Part shown: piece by piece, positions 42,147 to 63,571 of the stretch
How positions within the stretch are numbered: position 1 is the first letter of the stretch
Layout: each line of letters begins with the position of its first letter
From: the human T2T-CHM13v2.0 reference genome, Homo sapiens
Assembly: GCF_009914755.1 (NCBI RefSeq)
Contig: NC_060935.1
Length of the DNA stretch: 64,000 bases
Reading direction: 5' to 3' (one strand)
Notes under the pieces: model-generated
Told to the model about the DNA's origin: nothing
Databases searched by the model: none
What the model saw: only the letters and a program-made list of their open reading frames with translations
Translations under genes and position numbers: made by a program

Positions 42147-43174
42147 GGGTGGAGCCGAGATGGCCGAGTAGGAACAGCTCCAGTCTACAGCTCCCAGCAT
42201 GAGTGAAGCAGAAGAGGGGTGATTTGTGCATTTCCATCTGAGGTACAGGGTTCATCTCACTAGGGATTGCCAGACAGTGGGTGCAGTGCACCATAGCAGG
42301 GCGAGGCATTGCTACGCTCTGCCCCTACAGGAAGCACTAGGGGTCAGGGTGTTCCCTTTCCTAGTCAAACAAAGGGGTGACAGATGGCACCTGGAAAATC
42401 GGTTCACTCCCACCATAATACTGTTTTTTTCCAATGGGATTAAAAAACAGCACACCAGGAGATTATATACCGCATCTGGTTCAGAGGGTCCTATGCCCAC
42501 GGAGTCTCACTGATTGCTAACACAGCAGTCTGAGCTCACACTGCAAGGTAGCAGCGAGCCTGGGGGAGGGGCGCCTGCCATTGCCCAGGCTTGATTAGGT
42601 AAACAAAGCAGCCAGGAATCTCAAACTGGGTGGAGCCCACCACAGCTCAAGGAGTCATGCCTGCCTCTGTAGGCTCCACCTCTGGAGGCAGGGTACAGAC
42701 AAACAAAAAGACAGCAGTAACCTCTGCAGACTTAAATGTCCCTTTCTGACAACTTTGAACAGAGTAGTGGTTCTCCCAGCATGCAGCTAGAGATCTGAGA
42801 ATGGACAGACTGCCTCCTCAAGTGGGTCCTTGACCCCCAAGCAGCCTAAGTGGGAGGCACCCCCCAGTAGGGGCAGACTGACATCTCACAAAGCCAGGTA
42901 CTCCTTTGAGGAAAAACTTCCAGAGGAATGATCAGGTAGTAGCATTTGTGGTTCACTAAGATCCGCTGTTCTACAGCCACCGCTGTTCTGCAGCCACTGC
43001 TGCTGATACCCAGGAAAACAGGGTCTGGAGTGGACCTCTAGCAAACTCCAACAGACCTGCAGCTGAGGGTCCTGTCTGTTAGAAGGAAAACTAACAAACA
43101 GAAAGGACATCCACACCAAAAATCCTTCTGTACGTCACTATCATCAAAGACCAAAAGTAGATAAAACCACAAAG

Positions 43175-44191
43175 ATGGGGAAAAAACAGAACAGAAAAAC
43201 TGGAAACTCTAAAAAGCAGAGCACCTCTCCTCTTCCAAAAGAATGAAGCTCCTCACCAGCAATGGAACAAAGCTGGATGGAGAATGACTTTGATGAGCTG
43301 TGAGAAGAAGGCTTCAGATGATCAAACTACTCCGAGCCACAGGAGGACATTCAAGTCAATGGCAAAGAAGTTAAAAACTTTCAAAAAAAATTAGAAGAAT
43401 GGATAACTAGAATAACCAATGCAGAGAAGTCCTTAAAGGAGCTGATGGAGCCGAAAGCCAAGGCTTGAGAACTACATGAAGAATGCAGAAGCCTCAGGAG
43501 CCGATGTGATCAACTGGAAGAAAGGGCATCAGTGATGGAAGATGAAATGAATGCAATGAAGCAGGAAGGAAAGTTTAGAGAAAAAAGAATAAAAATAAAT
43601 GAACAAAGCCTCCAAGAAATATGGGACTATGTGAAAAGACCAAATCTATGTCTGACTGGTGTACCTGAAAGTGAAGGGGAGAATGGAAGTAAGTTGGAAA
43701 ACACTCTGCAGGATATTATCCAGGAGAACTTCCCCAATCTAGCAAAGCAGGCCAACATTCAGATTCAGGAAATACAGAGAACACCACAAAGATACTCCTC
43801 GAGAAGAGCAACTCCAAGACACATAATTGTCAGATTCACCAAAGTTGAAATGAAGGAAAAAATGCTAAGGGCAGCCAGAGAGAAAGGTCGGGTTACCCAC
43901 AAAGGGAAGCCCATCAGACTAACAGTGGATCTGTCGACAGAAACTCTACAAGCCAGAAAAGAGTGGGGGCCAATATTCATCATTCTTAAAGAAAAGAATT
44001 TTCAACCCAGAATTTCATATCCAGCCAAACTAAGCTTCATAAGTAAAGGAGAAGTAAAATCCTTTTCAGAAAAGCAAATGCTGAGAGATTTTGTCACCAC
44101 CAGACCTGCCCTAAAAGAGCTCCTGAAGGAAGCACTAAACATGGAAAGGAACAACGGGTACCAGCCACTGCAAAATCATGCCAAAATGTAG
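43175..44191 (+). pseudogene. L1 ORF1p remnant, 1017 bp, with in-frame premature stops
   Basis: ATGGGGAAAAAACAG at 43175; open C-terminal part 43532-44191 (RPNL...RATPRHIIVRF...QNHAKM); upstream TGA codons. Confidence 0.92.
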
Positions 44192-44254
44192 AGACCATCA
44201 AAGCTAGGAAGAAACTGCATCAACTAATGAGCAAAATAACCAGCTAACGTCATT

Positions 44255-45129
44255 ATGACAGGAATAAATACACACATAACAATATTAACTTTAAATGTAA
44301 ATGGGCTAAATGCTCCAATTAAAAGACACAGACTGGCAAATTGGATAAAGAGTCAAGATCCATCAGTGTGCCATATTCAGGAAACCCATCTCACGTGCAG
44401 AGACACACATAAGCTCAAAATAAAGGGATGGAGGAAGATCTACCAAGCAAACGGAAAACAAAAAAAAAGTAGGAGTTGCAATCCTAGTCTCTAATAAAAC
44501 AGACTTTATACCAACAAAGATCAAAAGAGACAAAGAAGGCCATTACATAATGGTAAAGGGATCAATTCAACAAGAAGAGTTAACTATCCTAAATATATAT
44601 GCATCCAATACAGGAGCACCCAGATTGATAAAGCAAGTCCTTAGTGACCTACAAAGAGACTTAGACTCCCACACAGTAATAATGGGAGACTTTAACACCC
44701 CACTGTCAACTTCAGACAGATCAATGAGACAGAAAGTTAACAAGGATACCCAAGAATTGGACTCAGCTGTACACCAAGTGGATGTAATAGACATCTACAG
44801 AATTTTCCACCCGAAATCAACAGAATATACATTTTTTTCAGCACCACACCACACCTATTCCAAAATTGACCACATAGTTGGAAGTAAAGCACTCCTCAGC
44901 AAATGTAAAAGAACAGAAATTATAACAAACTGTCTCTCAGACCACAGTGCAATCAAACTAGAACTCAGGACTAAGAAACTCACTCAAAACTGCTCAACTA
45001 CATGGAAACTGAACAACCTGCTCCTGAATGACTACTGGGTACATAATGAAATGAAGGCAGAAATAAAGATGTTCTTTGAAATCAACCAGAACAAAGATAC
45101 AACATACCAGAATCTCTGGGACACATTCA
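44255..45129 (+). pseudogene. L1 ORF2 APE-endonuclease domain remnant
   Basis: [23 protein letters not shown] and SDHSAIKLE motifs; frameshift in the A-run at ~44460; truncated. Confidence 0.92.
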
Positions 45130-46859
45130 CAGAGTTGAATTTTCTTTCAACTTTCAAGTTCACAGAGTTGAACTTTTCTTTTGATTGAGCAGTTTGGGAA
45201 CTGTCTTTTTGTAGAAACTGCAAAGGGACATTTTTGAGCTCCTTGAGGCTTATGGTGAAAAAGGAAACATCTTCACATAAAAACTGAACAGAAGCTTTCT
45301 CAGAAACTTCGTGATGTGTTCATTCATCTCAGAAAGCTGAACCTTTCTTTTGATTGAGCAGTTTAGAAAAAGTCTTTTTGTAGTATCTGCAAAGGCATAT
45401 TTGTGAACACTTTGAGGCATATGGTGAAAAAGCAAATATCTTCACATAGAAACTAGAAAGAAGGTTTCTGAGAAACTGCTTTGTGATGAGTACATTCATA
45501 TCATAGATGTAAATATTTCTTTTCATTGAGCAGATTGGAAACTCTGTTCTTGTAGAATCCACAAAGGAATATTTGTGAGTGCTTTGAGGCCTATGGTGAA
45601 AAAGGGAATATCTTCACATAAAAATAAGACAGAATATTTTTGAGAAACTTCTTTATGATGTGTGCACTCATCTCATAGTGTTGAACCTTTCTTTTGATTG
45701 ATCAGTTTGGAAACCATCTTTTTGTAGCATCTGCAAAGGGATATTTCTGAGCACTTTGAGGCCTATGGTGAAAAAGAAAATATCCTCACATAAAAAATAA
45801 ACAGAATCTTTGTGAGAAACTTCTTCATGATGTGAGCATTCATGTCACAGAGTGCAACCTTCCTTTTGCTTGAGCCGTTTGTAAACAGTCTTTGTGTAGA
45901 ATCTTCAAAGGGATATTTGGCAGTGCTTTGATTCCTATGTTGAAAAAGGAAAGGAAATATCTCCACATAAAGACTAGAAAGAAGCTTTGTGAGAAATTGC
46001 TTTGTGATGTGTCCATTTATGTCACAGAGGTAAATGTTTCTTTTTATTGAGCAGGTTGGAAACTCTGTTCTTGTAGAATCTGCAAAGGGATATTTGTGAG
46101 TGCTTTGAGGCCGATGGTTAAAAAGGACACAACTTAACATAAAAACTAGACAGAAGCTTTCTAAGAAGTTCTCTGTGCTGTGTGCATTCATTTCAAAGAG
46201 GTAAACGTTTCTTTTGATTGAGCAGTTTGGAAACAGTCTCTTGGAGAATCTGAAAAGGGACATTTGGGAGAGCTTTGAGGACTATGGTGAAAAAGGATAA
46301 GTCTTCACATAAAAACTAAATAGAAGGTTTCTGAGAAGCTGCTTTGTGATGTGTGCATTCATTTCACAGAGGTAAACGTTTCTTTTCATTGAGCAGATTG
46401 GGAACTCTGTTCTTGTAAAATCTGCAAAGGGATATTTGTGAGCGGTTTAAGGCCTATGGTGCAAAAGGAAATATCTTCACATAAAAACCAGGCAGAAGCT
46501 TTCTGAGAAACTTCTACATGATGAATGTCTTCATCGCACACAGTTGAACCATACTTTTTATTGAGCAAGTTGGAAACCGTTTTTCATAAAATCTGCCATG
46601 GGATATTTGTGAGTGCTTTGAGGCCTATGGTGATAAAGAAAATATCTTCACCTATAAACTATAAAGAAGGTTTCTGAGAAACTGCTATGTGATATGTGCA
46701 TTGATCTCACAGAGTGAAACTTCCTTTTCTTTGTTCTGTCTGGAAACTCCGTTATTGTAGAGTCTGGAAAAGGATATTTTTTAGCGCCCTGAAGCCTATG
46801 GTGGAAAAGGCAATATCTTCACATAAAAACTAGACAGAAGCATTCTTAGAAACTTCTTT
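45130..46859 (+). repeat. Alpha satellite second layer, + orientation (~10 monomers)
   Basis: Monomer periodicity between the two L1s. Confidence 0.95.
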
Positions 46860-47889
46860 GGGAGGAGCCAAGTTGGCTGAATAGTAACAGCTCAGGTCTA
46901 CAGCTCCAAGCATGAGCAAGGCAGAAGACAGGTGATTTCTGCATTTCCAACTGAGGAACCGGGTTCATCTCACTGGGGGGTGCCAGAAAGTAGGTGCAGG
47001 ACAGTGGGTGCAGCACACTGTGCATGAGCCAATGCAGGGCAAGGAATCACCTCAACCAGGAAGCACAAGGGGTCAGGGAATTCCCTTTCCTAGTCAAAGA
47101 AAGGGGTGACAGAAGGCACCTGAAAATTGGGTCACTCCCACCCTAACACTGCACTTTTCCAACAGGCATAAAAAAGAGCACACCAGGAGACTATATCTCG
47201 TACCTTGCTCAGAGGGTCCTACACCCACAGAATCTCACTCATTGCTAGCACAGCAGTCAGAGATCAAACTGCAAGGCAACAGCGAGGCTGGGGGAGAGGT
47301 GACCACCATTGCCAAGTTAGTTGATTGATTAGGTAAACAAAGCAGCCAGGAAGCTCAAACTGGGTGGAGCCCACCACAGCTCAAGGAGGCCTGCCTGCCT
47401 CTGTAGGCGCCACCTCTGAGTGCAGGGCACAGATAAACAAAAAGACAACAGTAACCTCTGCAGACTTAAATGTCCCTGTCTGACAGCTTTGAAGAGAGTA
47501 GTGGTTGTCACAGCATGCAGTTTGATATCTGAGAACGGGCAGACAGCCTCCTCAAGTGGGTACTCATCCCCGAGTAGCCTAACTGGGAGGCACCCCACAG
47601 TAGGGGCAGACTGATACCTCACAAGGCCGGGTACTCCTCTCAGACAAAACTTCCAGAGGAATGAACAGACAGCAGCATTTGTGGTTCACCAATATCCACT
47701 GTTCTGCAGCCACCACTGCTGATACCCAGGAAAACAGGGTCTGGAGTGGACCTCTAGCAAACTCCAACAGACCGGCACTGAGGGTCCTGTCTGTTAGAAG
47801 GAAAACTAACAAACATAAAGGACATCCACACCAAAAACCCATCTGTACATCACCATCATCAAAAACCAAAGGTAGATAAAACCACAAAG

Positions 47890-48814
47890 ATGGGAAAGAA
47901 ACAGAGAAGAAAAACTGCAAACTCTAAAAATCAGAGTGCCTCTCCTCCTCCAAAGGAATGCAGCTCCTCACCAGCAATGGAACAAAACAGGATGGAGAAT
48001 GACTTTGACGAGTTGAGAGAGGAAGGTTTCAGAATATCAAAGAACTACGAGCTACAGGAGGAAATTCGAACCAATGGCAAAGACGTTATAAGCTTTGAAA
48101 AAAAATTAGATGAATGGATAACTAGAATAACCAATGCAGAGAAGTCCTTAAAGGACTTGATGGAGCTGAAAACCAAGACACAAGAGCTATACAATGAATG
48201 CAGAAGCCTCAGGAGCCAATGCGATCAACAGGAAGAAAGGATATCAGTGATGGAAGACGAAATGAATGAAATGAAGTGATTGGTATACCTGAAAGTGACA
48301 GGGAGAATGGAACCAAGTTGGAAAACACTCTGCAGGGTATTATCCAGGAGAACTTCCCCAATCCAGCAAGAAAGACCAACATTCAAATTCAGAAAATATA
48401 GAGAACGTCACAAAGATACTCCTCAAGAAGATCAACTCCAAGACACATAATTGTCAGATTCACCAAAGTTGAAATGAAAGAAAAAATGTTAAGGGCAGTC
48501 AGAGAGAAAGGTAGGATGACCAACAAAGGGAAGCCCATCAGACTAACAGCTGATCACTCCGCAGAAACTCTACAAGCCAGAAGAGAGTGGGGGCCAATAT
48601 ACAACATTCTTAAAGAAAAGAATTTTCAACCCAGAATTTCATATCCAGCCAAACTAAGCTTCATAAGTGAAGGAGAAATAAAATACTTTACAGACAAGCA
48701 AATGTTGAGAGATTCTGTCACCACCAGGCACTCCTAAAAGAGCTCCTGAAGGAAGCACTGAACATGGAAAGGAAAAACCGGTACCAGCCACTGCAAAAAC
48801 ATGCCAAATTGTAC
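47890..48814 (+). pseudogene. L1 ORF1p remnant
   Basis: Fragments 47890-48279 (MGKKQRRKT...) and 48474-48737. Confidence 0.9.
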
Positions 48815-48877
48815 AGACCATAATGGCTAGGAAGAAACTGCATCAACTAACGAGCAAAATAACCAGCTAACATCATA

Positions 48878-52680
<3,803 letters not shown>

Positions 52681-54039
52681 ACAGAGAGAACACATGGACA
52701 GAGGAAGGAGAACATCACACACTAGGGACTGTTATGGTGTGGGGGTAGGGTGGAGGGATAGCAGTAGGAGATATACCTAATCTTAAATGATGAGTTAATG
52801 GGTGCAGCACACCAACATGGCACATGTATAAGTATGTAACAAACCTGCACATTGTGCACATGTACCCTAAAACTTAAAATGTAACAATAATAAAATAAAA
52901 TAAAAAAAAACTACTCAATCAAAAGAATGGCTCAACTCAGTAAGATAAATGCATGCAACACAAAGAAGTTTCTCAGAAAGCTTTGGTCTAGTTTCTATGT
53001 GAAGATATTTCCTTTTTTACCATAGGCCTCAAAGTGCTCACAAATATCCCTTTGCAGATTCCAGAAGAACAGAGTTTCTAAACTACTCAATGGAAAGAAA
53101 CCTTTACCTCTGTGAGATGAATGCTCACATCACAAAACAGTTTCTCACAACGCTTCTTTGTAGTTTTTATGTGAAAATATTTCCTTTTTCACCATAGCCC
53201 TCAAAGCTCTCCCAAATATCCCTTTGCAGATTCTACAAAAAGACTGTTTCCAAACTGCTTAAAGAATGGTTCAACTCTGTCAGATGAAAGCACACATCAC
53301 AAAGCAGTTTCTCATAACGCTTCTTTCCAGTTTTTATGTGAAGACGTTCCATTTTCACCATAAGCCTCAAAGTGCCAATAAATATCCCTTTGATGATTCT
53401 ACAAAAAGACCAGTTTCCAAACTGGTCAGTCAAAAGAATAGTTTACAAATGTGAGATGAATGCACACATGACAAAGAAGTTTCTCAGAAAGCTTCAGTCT
53501 AGTTGTCATGTAAAGATATTTTCTTTTTCACCATAGGCCTCAAAGTGTTCATGAATATCCCTTTGCAGATTCTACAAGAACAGAGTTTCCAAACTGCTAA
53601 AAGAAAAGAAACGTTTACCTCGGTGAAATGAACGCATACATCACAAAGAAGTTCTCAGAAATCTTCTGTTTTGTTTTTATGTTAAGATGTATCCTTTTCC
53701 ACCATGTGCCTCAAAGTGCTCACAAATATCCCTTTGCAGACTGTAGAAGAACAGAGTTTCCAACCTGCTCAATGAAAAGAAACGTTTATCTCTGTGACAT
53801 GAATGCACACATCACAAAGCAATTTCTCACAAAGCTTCTTTCTAGTTTTTATGTGAAGATATTTCCTTTTTCACCATAGGAATCAAAGCGCTCCCAAATA
53901 TCCCTTTGAAGATTCTACAAAAAGACAGTTTCCAAATGGCTCAAGCAAAAGGAAGGTTGAACTCCATGAGATGAATGCACACAGGACAAAGAAGTTTCTC
54001 AGAAAGCTTCTATCTAGTTTTTATGTGAGGATATTTCCG

Positions 54040-54800
54040 TTTTCACCATAGGCCTCAAAGCACTCAGAAATAACACTTTGCACATTCTACAAAAAGACTG
54101 ATTGCAAACTGCTCAATCAAAAGAAAAGTTCAACTCTATGAGATGAATGCACACATCACAAGGAAGTTTCTCAAAAAGATTTTGTCTTATTTTCATGTGA
54201 AGATATTTCCTTTTTCACCATAGGCCTCAAAGTGCTCACAAATATCCCTTTCCAGATTATACAAGAACAGAGTTTCCAATCTGCTCAATGAAAAGAGACA
54301 TTTACCTCTATGAGATGAGTGTACACATCACAAAGCAGTTTCTCAGAAACCTTCTGTCTGGTTTTATTGTGAAGATATTTCCGTTTTCACCATAGGCCTC
54401 AAAGGGCTCACAAATATCCCTTTGCAGATTCTACAAAAAGACTGATTCCAAACTGCTCAATCAAAAGAAAGGTTCAACTCTGTGAGATGAATGCACACAT
54501 CACAAAGAAGTTTCTCAAAAAGATTCTATCTTATTTTTATATGAAGATATTTCCTTTTTCACCATAGGCCTCAAAGCTCTCAAAAATATCCCTTTGCAGA
54601 TTCTACAAGAACAGAGTTTCCAATCTGCTCAATGAAAAGAGTCGTTTACATCTATGAGATGAATGCACACATCACAAAGCAGTTTCTCAGAAACCTTCTG
54701 TCTGGTTTTATTGCGAAGATATTTCGTTTTTCACCATAGGCCTCAAAGGGCTCAGAAATATCCCTTTTCAGATTCTACAAAAAGACTGATTCCAAACTGC
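54040..54800 (-). repeat. ~344-bp (two-monomer) tandem duplication
   Basis: AAAAAGACTGATT recurs at ~54090, ~54435 and ~54780; TCTCAAAAAGATT...TCTTATTTT at ~54170 and ~54513. Confidence 0.85.
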
Positions 54801-57495
54801 TCAATCAGAAGAAAGTTCAAATCTGTGAGATGAATGCACACATCACAAAGAAGTTTCTCAGAAAGCTTCTGTCTAGTTTTAATGTGAAGAGATTTCCTTC
54901 TTCACCATAGGCCTGAAAGTGCTCACAAATATCCCTTTGCAGATTTTACAAAAAGACGGTTTCCAAACTGCTCAATCAAAAGAAAGGTTCAACTCTGTGA
55001 GAAGCAATCACACATCACAAAGAAGATACTCAGAAAGCTTCTGTCTAGTTTTTATGTGAAGATATTTCCTTTTTAAACATAGGCATCAAAGTGCTCACAA
55101 ATATCCCCTTACAGACACTACAAAAAGACGGTTTCCAAACTTCTCAATCAAAAGAAAGGTTCAAATCTGTGAGATGAATGTACACATCACAAAGGACTTT
55201 CTTAGAAAGCTTCTGTCTAGTTTTTATGTGAAGATATTTCCTTTTTCACCACAGGACTCAAAGCTCTCATATATATCCCTTAGCAGACTCTACTAAAAGA
55301 CTGCTTCTAAACAACTCAATCAAAAGAAAGGTTCAACCGTGTAAGATCAATGCACACATCACAAAGAATTTTCACAGAAAGCTTCTGTCTAGTTTCTCTT
55401 TGAAGATATTTTCTTTTTCACTGGAGACCTCAAACCACTCACAAATATCCCCTTGCAGATTCTACAAAGAGACTGTTTCCAAACTGCTCAATCAAAAGAA
55501 ATGTTCAGCTCTTTGAGATGTATGGACACAGCACAAAGAAGTTTCTCAGAAAGCTTCCATCTAGTTTTTATGCAAAGATATTTACTTTTTCACCATAGGC
55601 CCCAAAATTCACAAAAATATCCCTTTGCAGATTCCACAAGAAGACTGTTTCAAAACTGCTCAATCAAAAGCAAGGTTCAACCCTGTGAGATGAATGCACA
55701 CATAAAAAGGAAGTTTCTCAGAAAGCTTCTGTCTTGTTTTCATATGAAGATATTTCCTTTTTCACCACAAGACTTAAACCGCTCACAAATATCCCTTTGC
55801 AGTTTCCACAAAAAGACGTTTCCAAACTGGTCAAAGAAAAGAAAGGGTTAACTCTGTGAGATGAATGCACTCAACACGAAGAAGTTTCTCAGAAAGCATC
55901 TGTCTCTTTTTTATGTGAAGATATTTCCTTTTTCACGATAAGCCTCAAAGGGCTCAAAAGTATCCCTTTGCAGATTCTACAAAAAGACAGTTTCCAAACT
56001 GCTCAATCAAAAGAAAGGTTCAGCTCTGTGAGATGAATGCACACATCACAAGGAAGTTTCTCAGAAAGCTTCTGTCTAGTTTTTATATGAAGATATCTCC
56101 TTTTACACCATAGCCCTCAAAGGGATCACAAATATCACTTTGCAGATTCTACAAAAAGATGGTTTCCAAACTGTTCAATCAAACAAATGTCCAACTCTGT
56201 GTGGTGAAGGCACACACCACAAGGAAGTTTCTCAGAAAGTTTCTGTCTAGGTTTTTTATGAAGATATTTACTTTTTCACCATATGCCTCAGACCGTTCTG
56301 TCTAGTTTTAATGTGAAGATATAAGCTTTTTCAACATAGTCCTCAAAGCGCTCACAAATATCTCTCTGCAGATTCTACAAAAAAACTGTTTCCAAGTTGC
56401 TCAATCCAAAGAAAGTTTCAACTGTGTGAGATGAATGCATACATCACAAAGAAGTTTCTAAGAAAGCTTCTGTCTAGTTTTTATGTGAAGATATATCCTT
56501 TTTCACCAAAGGCCGAAAACTGCACACAAATAGCCCTTGCAGTTTCTCCAAGAGACTGTTTCCAAACTGCTCAATCAAAAGAAAGTTTCAACTCTGTGAG
56601 ATGAATGCACACATCACAAGGAAGTTTCTCAGAATGCTTCTGTCTGGCTTCTATGTGAAGATATTTCCTTTTTCACAATAGGGCTCTAAGGCCTGACAAA
56701 TATCCGTTTGCAGATACCACAAAAGGACGATTTCCAAACTGGTCAACCAAAAGAAAGATTCAACTCTGTGAGATGAATACACACATCACAAAGAGGTTTC
56801 TCAGAATGTTTCTGTCTAGTTTCATGGGAAGATATTTCCTTTTTCACCATAGGCCACAAAGACCTCACAAATATCACCTTGCAGATGCCACAAGAGGAAG
56901 GTTTCCAAACTGCTCCATCAAAAGAAGGGTTCATCTCTGTGAGATGAATGCACACATCAAAAATAAGTTTCCTAGAAATCTTCTGTCTGGTTTTTATGTG
57001 AAGATATTTCCTTTTTCACCATAGGCCTCAAACCACTCACAAATGTCCCCTTGTGGATTCCATAAAAAGACTGTTTCCAAACTGCTGATTCAAAAAAATG
57101 TTTCACCTCTATGACATGAATGCACATGTCACAAAAAAAGTGTCTCAGAAAGCTTCTGAATAGTTTTTATGTGAAGTTATATCCTTTTTCACCATAGGCC
57201 TGAAACTGCTCAAAATTATCCCTTTGCTGTTTCTACAAAAGACTGTTTCCAAACTGCTAAATCAAAAGAAAGTTTAAATTCTGTGAGATGAATGTACACG
57301 TCTCAAAGGAGTTTCTCAGAAAGATTCTGTCTAGTTTTTAGATGGAGATATTACCTTTTTCAACATAGGCCTCAAACGGCTCAGAAATATCCCTTTGCAG
57401 ATTCTATCAAAGGACTGTTTCCAAACTGCTCAATCAAAAGAAAGTTTTACCTCCATGAGTTGAATGCAAACATCACAAAGAAGTTTCTCAGAAAG

Positions 57496-57511
57496 CTTCT
57501 GACTAGTTTTT
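57496..57511. repeat. Target-site duplication, left copy (CTTCTGACTAGTTTTT)
   Basis: Identical to 63594-63609, including the non-consensus GACTAG variant. Confidence 0.92.
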
Positions 57512-57727
57512 TTTTTTTTTTAATTATACTTTAAGTTCTAGGGTACATGTGCACATTGTGCAGGTTAGTTACATATGTATACATGTGCCATGCTGGTGTG
57601 CTGCACCCACTAACTCGTCATCCAGCATTAGGTATATCTCCCAATGCTATCCCTCCCCCCTCCCCCCACCCCACAACAGTCCCCAGAGTGCCATATTCCC
57701 CTTCCTGTGTCCATGTGATCTCATTGT

Positions 57728-61629
<3,902 letters not shown>

Positions 61630-61677
61630 TTATTTTGCTCGTTAGTCGATGCAGTTTCTTCCTAGTCTTGATGGTCT

Positions 61678-62693
61678 TTACATTTTGGCGTGATTTTGCA
61701 GCAGCTGGTACTGGTTGTTCCTTTCCATGTTTAGCACTTCCTTCAGGAACTCTTTTAGGGCAGGCCTGGTGGTTACAAAATCTCTCAGCATTTGTTTGTC
61801 TGTAAAGTATTTTATTTCTCCTTCACTTATGAAGCTTAGTTTGGCTGGATATGAAATTCTGGGTCAAAAATTCTTTTCTTTAAGAATGTTGAATATTGGC
61901 CCCCACTCTCTTCTGGCTTGTAGGGTTTCTGCTGAGAGATCTGCTGTTAGTCTCATGGGCTTCCCTTTGAGGGTAACCCGACCTTTCTCTCTGGCTGCCC
62001 TTAACATTTTTTCTTTCATTTCAACTTTGGTGAATCTGACAATTATGTGTCTTGGAGTTGCTCTTCTCGAGGAGTATCTTTGTGGCATTCTCTATATTTC
62101 CTGAATCTGAACGTTGGCCTGCCTTGCTGGATTGGGGAAGTTCTCCTGGATAATATCCTGCAGAGTGTTTTCCAACTTGGTTCCATTCTCCCCGTCACTT
62201 TCAGGTACACCAATCAGACGTAGATTTCGTCTTTTCACATAGTCCCATATTTCTTGGAGGCTTTGCTCATTTCTTTTTATTCTTTTTTCTCTAAACTTCC
62301 CTTCTCACTTCATTTCATTCATTTCATCTTCCATTGCTGATACCCTTTCTTCCAGTTGATCACATCGGTCCTGAGGCTTCTGCATTCATCACGTAGTTCT
62401 TGTACCTTGATTTTCAGCTCCATCAGCTCCTTTAAGCACTTCTCTGTATTGTTTATTCTAGTTATACATTCTTATAAACTTTTTTCAAAGTTTTCAACTT
62501 CTTTGCCTTTGGTTTGAATGTCCTCCCGTAGCTCAGAGTAATTTGATCGTCTGAAGCCTTCTTCTCTCAGCTCGTCAAAGTCATTCTCTGTCCAGCTTTG
62601 TTCCGTTGCTGGTGAGGAACTGCGTTCCTTTGGAGGAGGGGAGATGCTCTGCTTTTTAGAGTTTCCAGTTTTTCTATTCTGTTTTTTCCCCAT
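61678..62693 (-). pseudogene. L1 ORF1p remnant
   Basis: MGKKQNRKTGNSKKQS start; premature TAA at 62472; downstream fragment 61864-62088. Confidence 0.92.
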
Positions 62694-63140
62694 CTTTGTG
62701 GTTTTATCTACTTTTGGTCTTTGATGATGGTGATGTACAGATGGGTTTTTGGTGTGGATGTCCTTTCTGTTTGTTAGTTTTCCTTCTAACGGACAGGACC
62801 CTCAGCTGCAGGTCTGTGGGAATACCCTGCCATGTGAGGTGTCAGTGTCCCCCTGCTGGGGGTGCCTCCCAGTTAGGCTGCTCGGGGGTCAGGGACCCAC
62901 TTGAGGAGGCAGTCTGCCCATTCTCAGATCTCCAGCTGCGTGATGGGAGAACCACCGCTCTCTTCAAATCTGTCAGACAGGGACATTTAAGTCTGCAGAG
63001 TTTACTGCTGTCTTTTTGTTTGTCTGTGCCCTGCCCCCAGAGGTGGAGCCTACAGAGGCAGGCAGGCCTCCTTGAGCTGTGGTGGGCTCCACCCTGTTCG
63101 AGATTCCTGGCTGCTTTGTTTACCTAAGCAAGCCTGGGCA

Positions 63141-63395
63141 GTGGTGGGTGCCCCTCCCCCAGCCTCGCTGCTGCCTTGCGGTTTGATCTCAGACTGCTGT
63201 GTTAGCAATCAGGGAGACTCCGTGGGTGTAGGACCCTCTGAGCCAGGTGCGGGATATAATCTCGTGGTGCACCGTTTTTTCAGCCCGTCGGAAAAGCGCA
63301 GTATTTGGGTAGGAATGACCCGATTTTCCAGGTGCCATCCGTCACCCCTTTCTTTGACTCAGAAAGGGAACTCCCTGACTCCTTGCACTTCCTGA
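63141..63395 (+). pseudogene. L1 antisense ORF0 frame, open but with a GTG start
   Basis: Translation VVGAPPPASLLPCGLISDCCVSNQGDSVGVGPSEPG matches recalled ORF0 (MAGAPPPASL...). Confidence 0.8.
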
Positions 63396-63571
63396 GTGAG
63401 GCAATGCCTTGCCCTGCTTCAGCTCACGCATGGTGCATGCACCCACTGACCTGCACCCACAGTCTGGCACTCCCTAGTGAGATGAACCCGGTACCTCAGA
63501 TGGAAATGCAGAAATCACCCGTCTTCTGCATCGCTTATGCTGGGAGCTGTAGACCGGAGCTGTTCCTATTT

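Larger units (their letters stand above)
42147..45129 (+). mobile_element. LINE-1 (L1PA3/4-like) with 5' end present but 3' half deleted
   Basis: Starts GGGTGGAGCCGAGATGGCCG. Contains 5'UTR, ORF1 (43175-44191) and the ORF2 endonuclease domain from 44255. Ends abruptly at CTCTGGGACACATTCA with no 3'UTR or tail. Confidence 0.96.
52910..57511 (-). repeat. Alpha satellite second layer, - orientation
   Basis: Reverse-complement monomers begin directly after the L1 tail (AAACTACTCAATCAAAAGAATGG). Confidence 0.95.
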
